A DNA stretch of 40,043 nt from a bacterium (GCA_037446635.1 JBBIIG010000017.1:32835-72877), one strand, 5' to 3'. Positions 7,481 to 16,618 are shown, counted from the first letter of the stretch. Made by a program: numbers and translations. The notes: a model not told the origin generated them from the sequence alone.

Positions 7481-8983
7481 ATGATGTACATTGGCGACTA
7501 TCTCGCGCGGCGATGCGTTTATTCCCCCGACGCCCTGGCTTTGATCGATATCGGATCGCAGCCGGCTCAGCGGCTGACGTATCGGCAGCTCAATGGGCGC
7601 GCCAACCAGTTGGCCAACTGGCTGCGGGACAAGGGAATTACAAAGGACGAACGCGTGGCAATGTTAGCGCTCGACGGCGTGGAATTTTACGACGCCTTTT
7701 TCGCCTGCAGCAAACTCGGCGCGATCTTCACCCCGCTCAACTGGCGGCTGCACCCGCGCGAAATCGAAAATCAAATTCGCCTCACCTCGCCTAAAATCCT
7801 GCTGCACAGTTTCGAGCCGCCCATTGATGAAATCGTCAACCATCTCGGCGCCATCAAAAATTTTCCGGAGTTCATCGATCTAAACATTCTCGAAAGTATT
7901 TATCAAAAAACTTCCGCCGACCCCGTAACCTGCGAGCCCCTCACCGAGCGCGACACCGCCTGTTTGCTGTTCACCGGCGGCACCACTGGCCAGGCGAAGG
8001 CGGCGCAAATCAGCCACGGCCAAATCGTGTGGAACACCTTCAACGCGCTGCTGGCAGACGTGTTGGGCAGCGACACATTTTTAAATATTTTCCCGATGTT
8101 CCACACCGGCGGGCTCTTTGCCTTTTCCGTCCCGATTTTGATTTTGGGCGGCAGGGTGATTCAAACCAAAAAATTTGACGCCGAGCAAATTCTCGAAACC
8201 ATCGAAAAAGAAAAGGTGACCATCTTCGGCGGCGTGCCGACGATTTTCCAGATGTTGACTGCCGCGCCGAATTGGGAGAAGGCGAACCTTCGCTCGCTGC
8301 GCTACTGTCTCAGCGGCGGCGCGCCCATGCCCATCGCCCTCATTCAAAAATTTCAGAAAGAAAAAGGAGTGGTCTTCCGGCAGGGGTTTGGGATGACGGA
8401 ATTCGGGCCAGACGTTTTTTCGTTGGCCAGCGCCGACGCCGAGCGCAAAATGGGTTCGATTGGCAAGCCCAACTTTTTTGTCGATGCCCGAATCGTCGAT
8501 CCACAAACCAACGAGCCGCTGCCTGCAAACAAAATTGGCGAGCTGGTTTTGCGGGGGCCGTCCGCAACCACCGGCTACTTCAACAATCCGGAGGCCACCC
8601 GCGCCGCGTTCGATTCCGAAAACTTTTTTCACACCGGCGATCTTGCTTACGTGGATGAGGAGGGTTACTTCTTCATCGTCGATCGACTTAAAGACATGTT
8701 CATTAGCGGCGGGGAGAATGTTTATCCCGCGGAAGTGGAAGCGGTGTTGTACCAGCACCCGGCGGTGGCGTTGTGCGCGGTGATCGGCGTTCCCGAGCCG
8801 AAATGGGGCGAAGTTGGAAAAGTGTTTGTGGTGCTCGAAAAAGGAAAGAAACTCACTGAAACGGAGGTGCTGAACTTTTTGCGTCAGCGGCTGGCGAAAT
8901 ATAAAATCCCGCAGTCGGTTGTGTTTGTGGAGTCCCTGCCGAAAACCGCTATCGGCAAAGTGGACAAAAAAGCGTTGACGTAA
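7481..8983 (+). CDS. Acyl-CoA synthetase (AMP-forming, FadD/MenE-like) 1
   Basis: FTGGTTGQAK, GFGMTE, HTGDL, DRLKDMFISGGENVYPAEVE, LPKTAIGK; start 7478/7481/7484 uncertain. Confidence 0.9.
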   Translation: MMYIGDYLARRCVYSPDALALIDIGSQPAQRLTYRQLNGRANQLANWLRDKGITKDERVAMLALDGVEFYDAFFACSKLGAIFTPLNWRLHPREIENQIRLTSPKILLHSFEPPIDEIVNHLGAIKNFPEFIDLNILESIYQKTSADPVTCEPLTERDTACLLFTGGTTGQAKAAQISHGQIVWNTFNALLADVLGSDTFLNIFPMFHTGGLFAFSVPILILGGRVIQTKKFDAEQILETIEKEKVTIFGGVPTIFQMLTAAPNWEKANLRSLRYCLSGGAPMPIALIQKFQKEKGVVFRQGFGMTEFGPDVFSLASADAERKMGSIGKPNFFVDARIVDPQTNEPLPANKIGELVLRGPSATTGYFNNPEATRAAFDSENFFHTGDLAYVDEEGYFFIVDRLKDMFISGGENVYPAEVEAVLYQHPAVALCAVIGVPEPKWGEVGKVFVVLEKGKKLTETEVLNFLRQRLAKYKIPQSVVFVESLPKTAIGKVDKKALT

Positions 8984-9074
8984 CGCAAAGCTCTGCTTTG
9001 CGGCACGTAACGCAAACCTCTGGTTTGCCTGCTTGCGCAGGCAGGCGGCTCTCAAAGTGGAGCTTTGAGTTACA
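8980..9074. repeat. GTAAC-type REP cluster with an inserted mini-palindrome
   Basis: GTAACGCAAAGCTCTGCTTTGC (8980), GTAACGCAAACCTCTGGTTTGC (9007), inverted copy 9049-9073; GCCTGCTTGCGCAGGCAGGC at 9027-9046. Confidence 0.8.
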
Positions 9075-9154
9075 ATTCGGAAAAACCATGTATCATCTGA
9101 ATTATGATTTTGAAAATTCGCGGTCGCAAGATCGCGCGCCGCCCTGAATTTCAG

Positions 9155-9187
9155 ACGTTTACTAAACTTTAAAAGTTTAGTAAACGT
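9155..9187. repeat. 33-bp perfect palindrome (16-bp arms)
   Basis: ACGTTTACTAAACTTT-A-AAAGTTTAGTAAACGT. Confidence 0.9.
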
Positions 9188-9232
9188 GGCTCACACTCAA
9201 TCCACAACTCAAACCAAATGGAGGAAAAAATC

Positions 9233-11719
9233 ATGTTGAGGAAGATCTTGTATGCAGCGCTGCTCACGGTCATGCTGGTCAATCTGGCCATGGCCGAAGG
9301 CGGAACCATCAAAGGCGTTGTCAAAGACAAAGAGACCGGCCAGGCGATGGCTGGCGCCAACGTATTTTTAAAAGGGACCAACTACGGCTCGTCCACCAAT
9401 ATCCGCGGCGAATACGCGATTACAAACGTGCCGCCGGGCAATTACACCTTCGTGGTGACCTACATCGGCTACGCGCAGTTCTCGCAGGCGCTCGCGTTCG
9501 ACAACGCCGCGGAAATGACGCTGGATGTTGAAATGATCAAAACCGATTTGATGAGCGAGCAGGTGGTGGTGACCGCTTCCAAAGCGGCGGAGAAAATCAC
9601 CGAAGCGCCCGCCACCATCAACGTCATCAGCGCGCGCCAAATTGCCGAGCATCCTTCGGCCAACGTCGGCGAGCTGCTGGCGTATGAAAAAGGCGTGGAT
9701 TACGTGCGCACCGGCGTGCTGGGCACCGGCATCAACATCCGCGGCTTCAACAGCGCGTTCAACATCAAAAATCTGCAAATGAACGACACCCGGCTTTCAA
9801 CCCTCATCGCCACCAGTCTGCCGTTAGGCGCGCTGGGCACCACCGTGAAAGAAGATATCGAGCGCATCGAAGTGATTTTAGGTCCGAACGCCGCGCTCTA
9901 CGGCCCCAATGCGCACAACGGCCTGGTGAACACCCTCACCAAAGATCCGCGCACCTCGGAGGAAACCACGGTGGTGGCCAGCGGCGGCAACCACAGCGCC
10001 TTCAGCGGACGCTTCCGCCAGGCCAAAGTGGTCAACGAGTGGTTCCGCTACAAAGTCACCGGCGCCTATTTGCGCGGCGAAGAGTTCGACTACGTGGACT
10101 CCGTTTACGTTGGAACCGCCGCGTTTGAGGAAGTCGGCCTCGACCGCGATTTCGATTCCATTCACGGCGAGGCTTCGTTTTATCTCAGCCCGAACCAGGA
10201 TTCCGATTTCATTTTGACTTACGGCGGCAGCAACAGCAACAACATCGGCGTCACCAACGCCGGCCGCAACCTGATCGTTGACTGGCGCATTCATTTCCTG
10301 CAGGGACGATATGTCTCGCCGCGATTCTTTGCGCAGGTCTATCACACCTGGAGCAAAACCGATGACACCTTCGCCATGAATCAGCGCACCCAAAATTATC
10401 TGACTTACATCAACGCCAGAGATGCGCAAGGAAATCGTCTTTTCAGTGACGAAGAAGCCTTGTCTCGCTCCCTGCATACCGCCTGGTTTGCTCCCCTGGG
10501 TGTGCATCTCAATCGCGAGGCCAATTTCGTGGATGACTCCCGCCGCTGGAACGCCGAGGCGCAGTACAACAACACCTGGGAAGGATTCCAGATGGTAGGC
10601 GGTGTGCAAGTGCAGCGGGACATCGCGAACAGCCACCAAACGTATTTGCTGGATCGGGAAGGCGCCATCGAGCTGGATCAATGGGGAGTGTATGCACAGG
10701 TGGAGAAACCGCTGGGCGAATCCGGCGTCGAGATCATCGGCGCGGTACGCGGCGATGATCACGAGCTGTACGGCTTCAACGTCATTCCCAAAGGCGGGCT
10801 GCTGTATCACACCGGCAGCAACAACTTCCGCGTGACGTACGGCAAAGGAATTTCCGCGCCCAGCATTTTGAATTTGAGCGCGAATATTTTTGGCGGCTTG
10901 CTCTTGGGCAACGGCGAAGGCTTCACCCTGAGCGATGGCACGGAAATCCCGAAGTTAGAGGTGGAAACCATTCACACCATCGAAGGCGGCTACAAAGGCA
11001 TCGTGGCGGATAAGCTGTACATCGACACCAACGCTTATTACAACTTCCACGAAAACTTCATCAGCCCGACCATCAACATTGCCACTCAGGGCCGGACGGT
11101 CACCCACCGCGGCGGCGTCCCCATGCAGGAAGTTATCCCCGGCACGCCGGCGGCCGGTTCCGCGTTTGTTCTAACTTATTTAAACTTTGGCAAAGTGAAC
11201 ACCTACGGATTCGATCTCGGGCTGAATTACTTAGTAAACAGCAACGTCAACCTGCGGCTGAACTATTCGTTCTTTGATTTCGATCTCGACACCGACGACC
11301 CCCAAAACGACGGCAACCGCAACGGCGTCGTGGATGAAAACGATTTGCCCATCAACACGCCAAAGCACAAGCTCAATGCGTCCGTGAATGCCAATCGCGG
11401 CAATTGGTTTGGCACGCTGGGCGCGCGGTGGGTCGATGAGTACGATTTCTTCTCCGGCATCAACGTGGCGGCGAAAACCAACACCAGTTTGATTTACAAC
11501 GGTTCGCCGGTGGTTGAGGGGCAGCGCGTCGGCCGCGACTTCAATGAGGGCCCGCTGGGCGGATACGTCAACATCGACATCGGCCTCGGCTATCGCATCA
11601 ATCGCAATATCGCGATCTCGGGACAACTGATCAACGTGTTCGATTCTGAGGTGCGGGATTTCGTGGCCTCGCCGTCCATCGGGCGGCTGTTCTCCACGGA
11701 GTTGAAATTCACGTTGTAA
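9233..11719 (+). CDS. TonB-dependent receptor with N-terminal carboxypeptidase-regulatory-like domain
   Basis: Signal peptide ending AMA; GTIKGVVKDKETGQ..GANV; TonB box QVVVTASK; plug INIRGF, IERIEVILGPNAALYG; barrel ending GR..ELKFTL; GGAGG RBS favours ATG 9233. Confidence 0.9.
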   Translation: MLRKILYAALLTVMLVNLAMAEGGTIKGVVKDKETGQAMAGANVFLKGTNYGSSTNIRGEYAITNVPPGNYTFVVTYIGYAQFSQALAFDNAAEMTLDVEMIKTDLMSEQVVVTASKAAEKITEAPATINVISARQIAEHPSANVGELLAYEKGVDYVRTGVLGTGINIRGFNSAFNIKNLQMNDTRLSTLIATSLPLGALGTTVKEDIERIEVILGPNAALYGPNAHNGLVNTLTKDPRTSEETTVVASGGNHSAFSGRFRQAKVVNEWFRYKVTGAYLRGEEFDYVDSVYVGTAAFEEVGLDRDFDSIHGEASFYLSPNQDSDFILTYGGSNSNNIGVTNAGRNLIVDWRIHFLQGRYVSPRFFAQVYHTWSKTDDTFAMNQRTQNYLTYINARDAQGNRLFSDEEALSRSLHTAWFAPLGVHLNREANFVDDSRRWNAEAQYNNTWEGFQMVGGVQVQRDIANSHQTYLLDREGAIELDQWGVYAQVEKPLGESGVEIIGAVRGDDHELYGFNVIPKGGLLYHTGSNNFRVTYGKGISAPSILNLSANIFGGLLLGNGEGFTLSDGTEIPKLEVETIHTIEGGYKGIVADKLYIDTNAYYNFHENFISPTINIATQGRTVTHRGGVPMQEVIPGTPAAGSAFVLTYLNFGKVNTYGFDLGLNYLVNSNVNLRLNYSFFDFDLDTDDPQNDGNRNGVVDENDLPINTPKHKLNASVNANRGNWFGTLGARWVDEYDFFSGINVAAKTNTSLIYNGSPVVEGQRVGRDFNEGPLGGYVNIDIGLGYRINRNIAISGQLINVFDSEVRDFVASPSIGRLFSTELKFTL

Positions 11720-11795
11720 TCTGCGAATCTGAAATCCCTCTTGGGAGGGGGCCAACGCCCGGTCGGAAAATGGGTGAAGTGCAGAGGCGATTGTT

Positions 11796-12060
11796 CCTCC
11801 CCCATTTTCGGTTTTTGAAAATGGGGGAGGTGAGGAGGGGGTCGGTTGGATCGATGATCGATAATCAATGATTGACAATTCACAATTGACCATTCACAAT
11901 TCACCATTCACCATTCACCATTCCCGTTGTGCGCCAGCTAATGGTGAACGGTGAACGACTAATTGTGAATTGCCAATTATTCAATCATAATCATCGATCA
12001 TCGATTCACAAGACCCCTCCCGGCCTCCCCCAAATTCCAAAGGGCGGAATTTGGGGGAGG
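11796..12060. repeat. Nested fold-back element: purine-rich hairpins enclosing inverted heptamer arrays
   Basis: 14-bp hairpin 11796-11830 and 15-bp hairpin 12024-12060; between them TCGATGA, TTCACAA and TTCACCA heptamers mirrored by their reverse complements. Confidence 0.85.
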
Positions 12061-12123
12061 TGTTTACTTTACTCACACGATCCAATTTCCGACCGGGCTT
12101 CAATTTGATCTATCTGTAATATC

Positions 12124-13191
12124 ATGAAAGCAAAACAAATTTCAACAGAGTTGCAAGTTGGCATTGTCAGCGCCGGCATGTATTTGCCGGAGACGTTCAT
12201 GACCGCCGCGGAGATCGCAGAACAAAGCGGCTTGCCGGAATGGGTGGTGCGCGAGAAGTTAGGCATCACTAAAAAATACGTCGCCGGGCCGGGGGATCAT
12301 CCCAACGAGATGGCCATCCGCGCGGCGAAAGACTGTCTCGCGAAATGCAATGTGCCGCCGGAGGAGATCGACGTCGTCCTCTGCACCACTGAAGAATGGA
12401 AAGAATATCTACTGTGGACGGCCGGCATTCATCTGGCGCACGAAATTGGCGCGCGCAACGCCTGGGCAATGGATCTGCACATGCGCTGCTGCACCACCAT
12501 CGCCGCCATCAAACTGGCGAAGGACATGATGCTGGCGAACGATGACATCAACACGGTGCTCATTGCCGGCGGCTACGGCGTCAGCCAATTCATCAATCTA
12601 AAAAATCAGCGCACGTCGTTTATGTTCAACATCGGCGCCGGCGCGGGCGCGCTGCTGCTGCGCAAAAACTGGCCGCGCAACCACGTGCTGGGCTGCCACC
12701 TCATCACCGACGGCTCGATGAGCAAGCACGTGATTGTCCCCGCCAGCGGCACCGTGCAGCACCCCACGGACGAGGCCGTCGCGGCCGGCCAATTCTATTT
12801 TGATCTCAAGGAACCCGAGGCGATGAAAACTCGGCTCAACGACGTCTCCATGAAAAATTGGCTGCGCTGCATCGATGCGGCGCTGCACAAGAGCGGCCGC
12901 AAATCCGACGGTTCTTCTTTCACTCGAAAAGATATCGGCTATTTGAATATGATTTTGGTGAAGCCCTCCGCCCACCGCGAAATGCTGAATCATCTCGGGC
13001 TGACGGAAGTGCAATCGGTTTACTTGAGTGACTACGGCCACATTGGCGAGCAGGACAGCATCATCTCCATCATCGAAGGCGAAAAACAGGGCCGGCTGAA
13101 AGACGGCGATTTAATGATGATGGTGGCCGCGGGGATCGGGTATGTCTGGGGAGCAGCGGTGGTGCGATGGGGGGAAGTGCGTGAGGCGTAG
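12124..13191 (+). CDS. 3-oxoacyl-ACP synthase III (FabH)-like thiolase-fold enzyme, non-canonical triad
   Basis: DLHMRC (Cys122), GAGAGALLL, YGHIG, AAGIGYVWGAAVVRW; no HQAN or GNTS motif. Confidence 0.8.
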   Translation: MKAKQISTELQVGIVSAGMYLPETFMTAAEIAEQSGLPEWVVREKLGITKKYVAGPGDHPNEMAIRAAKDCLAKCNVPPEEIDVVLCTTEEWKEYLLWTAGIHLAHEIGARNAWAMDLHMRCCTTIAAIKLAKDMMLANDDINTVLIAGGYGVSQFINLKNQRTSFMFNIGAGAGALLLRKNWPRNHVLGCHLITDGSMSKHVIVPASGTVQHPTDEAVAAGQFYFDLKEPEAMKTRLNDVSMKNWLRCIDAALHKSGRKSDGSSFTRKDIGYLNMILVKPSAHREMLNHLGLTEVQSVYLSDYGHIGEQDSIISIIEGEKQGRLKDGDLMMMVAAGIGYVWGAAVVRWGEVREA

Positions 13192-13212
13192 AGCGAAGAG
13201 CGTGAATGCTAG

Positions 13213-13396
13213 TGGAGTGTTGGAGTAGTGGAGTAGTGGAGTAGTGGAGTACTGGATTAGTGGATTGTTTCTCGCTCCCACGCTCGGCGTGGGAGCGAAA
13301 CCGGAGACGCTCTGCGCCAACCCCCTCGTTCCCACGCAGAGCGGGGGAACGAGAAGGCTCACTTTTAGGCTCATCGATCCAGTACTCCATCACTCC
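13213..13396. repeat. (TGGAGTAG)n octamers and inverted partner enclosing a REP doublet
   Basis: Seven octamer units 13213-13268; REP hairpins 13271-13298 and 13325-13353; ATCCAGTACTCCA (13377-13389) is the exact reverse complement of 13245-13257. Confidence 0.85.
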
Positions 13397-13417
13397 TCTT
13401 TCAATTTACACAGAATC

Positions 13418-14971
13418 ATGGATAACAAACTTAACCGCGAACTTCCACAAAAGTCGGAATTCGTCACCGATTGGCTAGATAAGCGCGCGAAGCTAACCCC
13501 GGATCGCATTGCACTCGAAGACGCGATCACCGGCGAAACCATCACGTTCCGCGAGTGGAATGGCCGCGCCAATCGCACCGCCAACTTTTTGCGCAGCCTC
13601 GGCGTGAAGACCGGTGACCTCGTTTCCGTTTATGCCAGCAACTGCAGCGCGTACCTCGACATCTTTTTTGCGTGCGGGAAAATCGGCGCGATTCTCCACA
13701 ATCTCAACTGGCGGCTGGCCGTGTTCGAGCTGCAAAACATCTTGGCCGACGCCCAACCGAAATTTTTGATCTATTCACCAGAATGGCGCGAGCAGGTGAA
13801 CGCCCTCCGCTCCACGCTCCCGGCGTCGCGCTTCGTTGCCATCGGAGATCGAGCGCTTGAAAACGACACGGATTTTTCCGAACGCTCCCATCACTCCGAC
13901 CAACTAAGCGAACGCCCGGATTTAACACTGGATCACCCGTGGGGAATCTACTACACCGGCGGCACCACCGGCATCCCCAAAGGCGCCATCCTCACCCACG
14001 GCAACATGACCTGGAACAGCATCAACACCGTGATGAGTTGGGGCGTCACCGCCGAAGATTGTGCGCTGCTGCAGCTTCCCTTTTTTCACATTGGCGGGCC
14101 AAACATTTTCATGCTGCCGCTGGTGCACGTGGGCGGCAAAACCATTCTCTGCCGCCAGTTCGACGTCGAGCAAACGTTCGATTTCATTGAGCGCGGCGAC
14201 ATCACCCACTTCGTGGGCGTGCCGACGATGTTCATCATGATGCAGCAGCACCCGCGCTGGCCGGCCACGGACTTTTCCCGGCTGAAATTGGTGATCAGCG
14301 GCGGCGCCCCCTGTCCCTTGCCGGTGATGCAAAAATTCTGGGACAAAGGCGTGGATTTCAAAATGGGCTACGGACTCACCGAAGCTTCGGGCAACAACTT
14401 CTGGCTGCCGCAAGCGGATGTGCGGCGAAAAATCGGTTCGGTCGGTTTCCCGATTTTTCACATCGATATGAAAATCGTCCGCGAAGACGGCAGCGCGTGC
14501 GCCGCGAACGAAGCGGGCGAGCTGCTCATTCGTGGGCCGCACGTCACGCCGGGCTACTGGAACCGGCCCGAGGAAACTGCGGCCATCCTCAAAAACGGCT
14601 GGCTGCACACCGGCGATTTGGCGAAACAGGATGACGAAGGCTATTTTTATATCATCGGGCGCAGCAAAGATATGTTCATCAGCGGCGGCGAAAATGTTTA
14701 TCCTGCCGAAGTGGAAAGCGCGATCTTTGCGCATCCCGCGGTGGCGGAGGCCGCAGTGATTGGCGCGCCCCACGAAAAATGGGGCGAAGTGGGAAAAGCG
14801 TTTGTGGTGATCGAAAAAGAAAAGAAGCTCACGGAATCCGAGCTGCTGGAATTTTTGCGGCAGCGGCTGGCGAGATACAAAATCCCGCAGTCGGTGGTGT
14901 TTTTGGAGTCGCTGCCGAAAACCGCCATCGGCAAAGTGGACAAAAAGGCGTTAACGGAAATGAAGGGATGA
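13418..14971 (+). CDS. Acyl-CoA synthetase (AMP-forming) 2
   Basis: YTGGTTGIPKG, GYGLTE, WLHTGDL, GRSKDMFISGGENVYPAEVE; start moved to ATG 13418 because the upstream in-frame part is repeat DNA. Confidence 0.9.
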   Translation: MDNKLNRELPQKSEFVTDWLDKRAKLTPDRIALEDAITGETITFREWNGRANRTANFLRSLGVKTGDLVSVYASNCSAYLDIFFACGKIGAILHNLNWRLAVFELQNILADAQPKFLIYSPEWREQVNALRSTLPASRFVAIGDRALENDTDFSERSHHSDQLSERPDLTLDHPWGIYYTGGTTGIPKGAILTHGNMTWNSINTVMSWGVTAEDCALLQLPFFHIGGPNIFMLPLVHVGGKTILCRQFDVEQTFDFIERGDITHFVGVPTMFIMMQQHPRWPATDFSRLKLVISGGAPCPLPVMQKFWDKGVDFKMGYGLTEASGNNFWLPQADVRRKIGSVGFPIFHIDMKIVREDGSACAANEAGELLIRGPHVTPGYWNRPEETAAILKNGWLHTGDLAKQDDEGYFYIIGRSKDMFISGGENVYPAEVESAIFAHPAVAEAAVIGAPHEKWGEVGKAFVVIEKEKKLTESELLEFLRQRLARYKIPQSVVFLESLPKTAIGKVDKKALTEMKG

Positions 14972-15094
14972 ATGTTTTGATCAAACACAGTTTGTAACTG
15001 TGTTTTTGAGATGTTTTGGATTCATAAGCAAACACCTTTACAAACGGTGTTAGATCGAAAACATGCAGCTCTCAAAGCGGAGCTTTGAGTTACA
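14972..15094. repeat. Long imperfect inverted repeat followed by GTAAC-type REP
   Basis: TGTTTTGATCAAACACAGTTTGTAA pairs with TTACAAACGGTGTTAGATCGAAAACA; 15068-15094 matches 9048-9074 at 26/27 nt. Confidence 0.75.
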
Positions 15095-15109
15095 TTCCAA
15101 AAAATTGAC

Positions 15110-16618
15110 ATGATTTTAGCCTGGACACTCTTTCTGATTTACATGCTCGGAACCGCCTATCTCGGCTGGCTGGGATACAAGCGCACCAAAAATTTTGACA
15201 GCTTTGCCATCGGCAGCGGCGATATGCCGCCGTGGGTGGTGGGCATCACGCTGGCGGCGAGCGTGGCCTCGGCGGCGACGTTCATTATCAACCCGGGATT
15301 TATTTACGTGCACGGGCTTTCCGCTTTCATGCACTTTGTGGTTGCCGTGGGCTGCGGTTTCTGTTTGATGCTGGTGCTGCTGTCATTCCGCTTCCGGCAG
15401 TTGGGAGAGTCGAACAAAGCGCTCACCATGCCGCACTGGATCGGCAAGCGGTTTCAATCGCGGGGCATCGCGCTCTATTTTGCCGTGGTGAATTTATTTG
15501 CGCTGGCATTCGTGGTGCTCATCGCCGGCGGCCTGTCAATTGTGATGCAGCAGTTGCTGGGGATTTCCAACGTGGCTGCGCTCATCATCATTTTGGGATT
15601 TGTCACCGGCTATATTTTCATTGGCGGGACTTACGCCCACGCCTTCACCAACACCCTGCAAGGCTCGCTGATGCTGATCGTGTCGCTGGTGATTATCATT
15701 TCGGGGCTCAAATTATTTCTTCCCAACTCGCCCGGCTTTTTCGAGCGATTGGCGGCGCAGGATGCCAACCTGGTGGCGTGGGTCAACCCGGCCAGCGATT
15801 TGTACAACAGCGTCTTCTCTATTTACGTTAGTGGATTTATCATTGGCGCGGCGCTGGTGTGCCAGCCGCACATTCTCACCAAAGCGCTCTACGTCAAAAG
15901 CGACCGCGCGGTGCGGAATTATCTCATCATCGCCGTCGGCGCGCTGGTGATTTTCTTTCTGCTGCCCGTCGCTGGTTTTTATGCCCGCCTGACTTTGCCG
16001 CCGGCGCAAATCGTGGATGCCGCCACCGGCGTCTTCCGCCAGGATTTGGTGATGACGATGTACCTCAAATCCGCGTTTCCGGAGTGGACGTTCACGTTTA
16101 TCAGCATCGTGCTGCTGGCGGCCGGCATGTCCACCCTCGACGGCATCCTGGTGTCGCTGTCAACCATCAGCGCCAACGATCTGATATTGAACTTAATTGA
16201 TCGTTTCAGCCGAGTCCAGCGCAGCGAGCCGCAACGGCTTACTCTGGCCTACAAATTAAGTCACGTGATTTTAATTGGAATCGCCGCCGCGGCGTTTATT
16301 ATTTGCTTGAACCCACCGCGGCTGTTAGGGATTTTCGGACAGGTGGGGGTGTACGGAATGGCGGTAGCCGCCGCGCCTCCCCTGTTAGGCGGGATTTTGT
16401 TTCGGAACATTTCCCGCAATCTGGTTTGGCTGTCGTCCTTCGTGGGGCTAACCGCTCATTTCATTCTCTATTTTTACGGCGCGCGCCTTTTTCCGAATTC
16501 GGAACTCGCCTTTGCCAATCCCGGCGTCACCGCGACTCTGGCAATTATCGTCTCGCTGCTGCCGGCGCTGCTCGCCGCCGGGCTGCGGCAGCGCGCACGA
16601 ACGGCTTCCCACCGCTAA
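15110..16618 (+). CDS. Sodium:solute symporter (SSS) family protein
   Basis: 502 aa, about 13 hydrophobic segments; ASVASAATFI, YIFIGG..TNTLQG, QPHI, LLAAGMSTLDG. Confidence 0.85.
   Translation: MILAWTLFLIYMLGTAYLGWLGYKRTKNFDSFAIGSGDMPPWVVGITLAASVASAATFIINPGFIYVHGLSAFMHFVVAVGCGFCLMLVLLSFRFRQLGESNKALTMPHWIGKRFQSRGIALYFAVVNLFALAFVVLIAGGLSIVMQQLLGISNVAALIIILGFVTGYIFIGGTYAHAFTNTLQGSLMLIVSLVIIISGLKLFLPNSPGFFERLAAQDANLVAWVNPASDLYNSVFSIYVSGFIIGAALVCQPHILTKALYVKSDRAVRNYLIIAVGALVIFFLLPVAGFYARLTLPPAQIVDAATGVFRQDLVMTMYLKSAFPEWTFTFISIVLLAAGMSTLDGILVSLSTISANDLILNLIDRFSRVQRSEPQRLTLAYKLSHVILIGIAAAAFIICLNPPRLLGIFGQVGVYGMAVAAAPPLLGGILFRNISRNLVWLSSFVGLTAHFILYFYGARLFPNSELAFANPGVTATLAIIVSLLPALLAAGLRQRARTASHR

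Noticed and set aside
8081..9055. Long antisense ORFs (also 9878-10810, 13922-14773, 20837-21739, 31600-32292)
   Set aside because: They mirror well-supported genes, as is common in GC-rich coding DNA, and show no motifs.
9088..9147. Short ORF MYHLNYDFENSRSQDRAPP before the receptor
   Set aside because: 19 codons, no convincing RBS, embedded among repeats.
13244..13417. 58-aa N-terminal extension of ligase 2
   Set aside because: Translation of octamer and REP DNA; similarity to ligase 1 starts after Met 13418.
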